From NCBI GenBank assembly GCA_965248355.1, contig OZ252098.1, positions 1,216,001 to 1,280,000 of the forward strand: a DNA stretch of 64,000 bases, given 5' to 3'. Numbering within the stretch: the first letter of the stretch is position 1; each line of letters opens with the position of its first letter. Below, one piece after another: positions 61,132 to 64,000 of this stretch. A program made the position numbers and the translations under genes. The notes below the pieces were generated by a model. That model saw only the letters and a program-made list of their open reading frames with translations. It had not been told where the DNA came from and searched no databases. This DNA comes from Candidatus Latescibacterota bacterium. GTDB lineage: Bacteria > Latescibacterota > UBA2968 > UBA8231.

Positions 61132-63405
61132 ATGAGTGAAGCCCTGAGTTGGAAGGCCCGGCTGGCGGATCTCGTCCGCGAGGATCTCGGCCGGGAGATC
61201 GACATCTTCGAGACCGAGATCGAGTTGCGCAGGCAGGGCAAGATCGACGAGGCCCTGTTTGCCGAGACGCGTCTGCGCCGGGGTGTGTACGGCCAGCGCT
61301 ACGACAACGGAACTCGCTTCGATGGCCGGGAAACACAGGAGCTGGGATACCCAGAGGAAAACACGAAGGGTCCCAATACCCTGTGGCACGCTCCGGGGAT
61401 GCAGCGCATCAAGATCCCCTTCGGCGGCCTGACGACCCGGCAGATGGAGGTGCTGGCCGATCTCGCCGAGGAATACTCCGACTCCATCATCCACATCACG
61501 ACGCGGCAGGACGTGCAGTTGCACTACGTCCACATCGACGACACCATCGACCTGATGAGGCGTCTCGCCGCCGTGGGTATCACCACGCGCGAGGCCTGCG
61601 GCAACTCGGTGCGGAACGTCACCGCCTGCCCGCTGGCCGGTGTCTGCCGGACCGAGACCTTCGATGTCACCCCCTACAGCCAGGCCTTGGCCCGGTTCCT
61701 CCTCGGCCACCCCGACGTCCAGGACTTCGGACGCAAGGTCAAGATCGCTTTCAGCGGCTGCCGCGACGAGGCCTGCGGTCTGGTGAACATGCACGACATG
61801 GGCGGCGTCGCCGTGACGCGCACCGTCGACGGAGAGATGCGGCGCGGCTTCGAGCTCTACGTCGGGGGCGGCCTGGGCGCCGTACCCCATCAGGCGAAGC
61901 TCTTCGACGAGTTCGTCAGCGAAGGGGAGTTGCTGCCCATCTGCCAGGCCATCGGCCGGGTCTTCGCCCGTCTCGGAGAGAAGCGCAATCGCGCCCGTGC
62001 GCGCCTGAAGTTCCTGGTGGCCAAGCTCGGCATCGACGAGTTCAAGCGGCTGGTCCTCGAGGAACGGGAGAAGCTGCCTCACGACCCCCGCTGGACGGCC
62101 TACCTCGACCACCTCGAAGAGACCGACGAAGAGCCCCTCCATCCCGGCCGGTCCCTGAACGGCGCCGAGCTGCCGGAGGGGTTCGAGGACTGGTATCGCA
62201 CCAATGTCTACCGCCAGCGCCAGTCCGGCCACATGGTGGCTACCGTCCATCTGCCTCTGGGCGACCTGACCTCCGGGCAGCTGCGGGAGCTGGCCGCCAT
62301 CGCCCGGCGCCATGTCATGGACACGATCCGGACCACGGTGGAGCAGAACATCGTCCTGCGCTGGGTGAGCGAGGCGGAGCTGCCCTCTCTCTACGCGGAG
62401 TTGAAGGACTTCGGCCTCGCCGCCTCGGCGGCGGGCACCATCGTCGATGTCACCGCCTGCCCGGGCACCGACACCTGCAAGCTTGGCATCGCCTCCTCCC
62501 GGGGCCTAGCCGGCGAGCTGCGCCAGCGTCTCGGCGAGCGCTTCCACAGCCTCGACGAGGCCGTCCAGGGCCTGCGCATCAAGGTCAGCGGCTGCTTCAA
62601 TTCCTGCGGCCAGCACCATGTGGCCGACATCGGCTTCTACGGGATCAGCCGCAAGGTCAACGGCCTTGCGGTCCCCCACTTCCAGGTAATCCTCGGGGGC
62701 CGCTGGAGGGAGAATGCCGGTTCCTTCGGTCTGGCCATGGCCGCGGTGCCGTCCAGGAACATCCCCCTCGTCGTCGACCGGCTGACCCAGCGCTACGTGG
62801 AGGACCGCAACGGCAACGAGTCCTTCCAGGACTTCGTCGGCCGCGTCGGCAAGCGCCAGGTCAAGTCGATGCTCGACGACCTGGCGCGGGTGCCCACGTA
62901 CGAGGAGGACATCTCCTACTACCGGGACTGGGGTGACACCCGGGAGTTCACCATCGACGACATGGGCAAGGGCGAGTGCGCCGGCGAGGTCGTGCCTCTC
63001 GCCCATTTCGAGTTGACCGCCGCCGAGCGCGTGGTCTTCGAGGCCCAGGTCATGCTCGACGAAGGTGACCCGGCCAAGGCCTACGCCGCGGCTTTCCAGG
63101 CCATGGTTCAGGCCGCCCGGGCCCTTGTGCGCACCCAATGGCTCGATGTCGGCGAATCGGCCCACAGCGTCGTTCCGGAGTTCCGCACCCGCTTCGTCGA
63201 CACCGAGTTGTTCCTCGATACCTACGCCAAGGACAAGTTCGCCCGCTATCTGTTCCGCCTTCACGAGCATCCGAACCCGTCGCCCACAAAGGACGACGCC
63301 CACCGGGCGATCGAGGAGGCCCAGCTTTTCATCGAAGCCGCCTTCGCCTGCTACAGTCGCATCTCCGACGCCGCCCAGGCCGCAAGGACGGCGGTGCCCG
63401 CCTGA
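61132..63405 (+). CDS. Siroheme/[4Fe-4S] nitrite/sulfite reductase with a C-terminal HEPN-like domain
   Basis: RLRRGVYGQR, HITTRQDVQLH, ACGNSVRN, CPGTDTC...SGCFNSCGQH; extra helical C-terminus after GECAGE. Confidence 0.9.
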   Translation: MSEALSWKARLADLVREDLGREIDIFETEIELRRQGKIDEALFAETRLRRGVYGQRYDNGTRFDGRETQELGYPEENTKGPNTLWHAPGMQRIKIPFGGLTTRQMEVLADLAEEYSDSIIHITTRQDVQLHYVHIDDTIDLMRRLAAVGITTREACGNSVRNVTACPLAGVCRTETFDVTPYSQALARFLLGHPDVQDFGRKVKIAFSGCRDEACGLVNMHDMGGVAVTRTVDGEMRRGFELYVGGGLGAVPHQAKLFDEFVSEGELLPICQAIGRVFARLGEKRNRARARLKFLVAKLGIDEFKRLVLEEREKLPHDPRWTAYLDHLEETDEEPLHPGRSLNGAELPEGFEDWYRTNVYRQRQSGHMVATVHLPLGDLTSGQLRELAAIARRHVMDTIRTTVEQNIVLRWVSEAELPSLYAELKDFGLAASAAGTIVDVTACPGTDTCKLGIASSRGLAGELRQRLGERFHSLDEAVQGLRIKVSGCFNSCGQHHVADIGFYGISRKVNGLAVPHFQVILGGRWRENAGSFGLAMAAVPSRNIPLVVDRLTQRYVEDRNGNESFQDFVGRVGKRQVKSMLDDLARVPTYEEDISYYRDWGDTREFTIDDMGKGECAGEVVPLAHFELTAAERVVFEAQVMLDEGDPAKAYAAAFQAMVQAARALVRTQWLDVGESAHSVVPEFRTRFVDTELFLDTYAKDKFARYLFRLHEHPNPSPTKDDAHRAIEEAQLFIEAAFACYSRISDAAQAARTAVPA

Positions 63406-63986
63406 TGGCCGTGGATCTTCAGCGCCTGAACGTCAAGTTCTACCTGGAATCGGGGTGCCGCCTGTCTCCGGAAGAGGCCTTCCGCGTCTTCAGCCAATGG
63501 ATTCCCGAGCCAGAGGACGAACTCCTCATCGACGTGGCCGACTACAGCCACATCGAGCGGGGGCCGAAGACCGTGCTCGTCGGCCACGACGCCAACTACG
63601 TGCTCGACAACACCGACGGCCGCCTGGGCCTGCTTTACGGCCGCAAGACGGAGACGAACGGTGCGACGGGAGAGAGGCTGCGCGGCGCCTTCGCCGCCGC
63701 CCTCAAGGCCTGCCGCCGCCTGGAAGAGCATCCGGACGTGGCCGGGAGAGTGCGGTTTCGCGGCTCCGAGGCCTTGCTCATCATCAACGATCGCCTGCGA
63801 ACCCCCAACACCGAGGAGACCCTGGAAGCCTTGCGCGGCGATCTCGACGCCTTCCTCGGCAAGCTCTTTCCCGACGAGTCGGTCCGGATTCAACGCGACC
63901 CGGACGGACGCGAGCGTCTGACCCTCCGGATCGAGGCCCAGGAGAACCACCCCATCGCTTCCCTGCTGGACCGCCTCGATGCCTGA
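63405..63986 (+). CDS. Hypothetical protein translationally coupled to the reductase
   Basis: TGATG overlap; MAVDLQRLNVKFY...LIDVADYSH...INDRLRTPNT reads as a globular protein. Confidence 0.75.
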   Translation: MAVDLQRLNVKFYLESGCRLSPEEAFRVFSQWIPEPEDELLIDVADYSHIERGPKTVLVGHDANYVLDNTDGRLGLLYGRKTETNGATGERLRGAFAAALKACRRLEEHPDVAGRVRFRGSEALLIINDRLRTPNTEETLEALRGDLDAFLGKLFPDESVRIQRDPDGRERLTLRIEAQENHPIASLLDRLDA

Positions 63987-64000
63987 CCACGGGGTCCCGC

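Noticed and set aside
61600..62620. Two sets of Cys motifs in the reductase suggesting two siroheme-Fe-S centres
   Set aside because: Partial Cys retention in the first SNiRR repeat is common in this family and is not evidence of novelty.

Overview
A GC-rich bacterial chromosomal segment. FCB-type RpoC signatures (KPQKKLTG insert, [11 protein letters not shown]) suggest a Latescibacterota/Gemmatimonadota-like lineage; this is inference, not a database result. Bases 1-28.5 kb hold one minus-strand translation/transcription supercluster: tRNA-Gly, tRNA-Thr, rpmG, tRNA-Trp, secE, nusG, rplKAJL, rpoBC, rpsL-rpsG-fusA-tuf, then the S10, spc and alpha operons, ending in a truncated rpoA. The rest is mostly housekeeping and metabolic genes: greA, ygfZ-like, dinB, an FAD/Fe-S oxidoreductase with a Rid-like partner, zapA, infC, PfkB kinase, glycosyltransferases, pcm, rlpA, carB-TPR lipoprotein-pyrK-pyrD, nnr, an M20 peptidase, galU and a nitrite/sulfite reductase. 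I see no mobile element, CRISPR array, rRNA or defence island, and no clear complete novel system. The main oddities are: (1) rplC is cleanly removed from the S10 operon and sits about 30 kb away with its own promoter; (2) RpoB (D516Q, S522D) and S12 (K87Q) carry substitutions at classic antibiotic-resistance positions, alongside broadly divergent ribosomal proteins; (3) a TPR/TonB-C lipoprotein carries 20 Bacteroidota-type O-glycosylation sequons and a 62-aa tandem duplication; (4) greA and zapA have attenuator-like leaders; (5) a candidate operator palindrome covers the ygfZ-dinB promoter; (6) a CinA-fold/nucleotidyltransferase fusion shares an operon with nnr; (7) two transporter genes are frameshifted.
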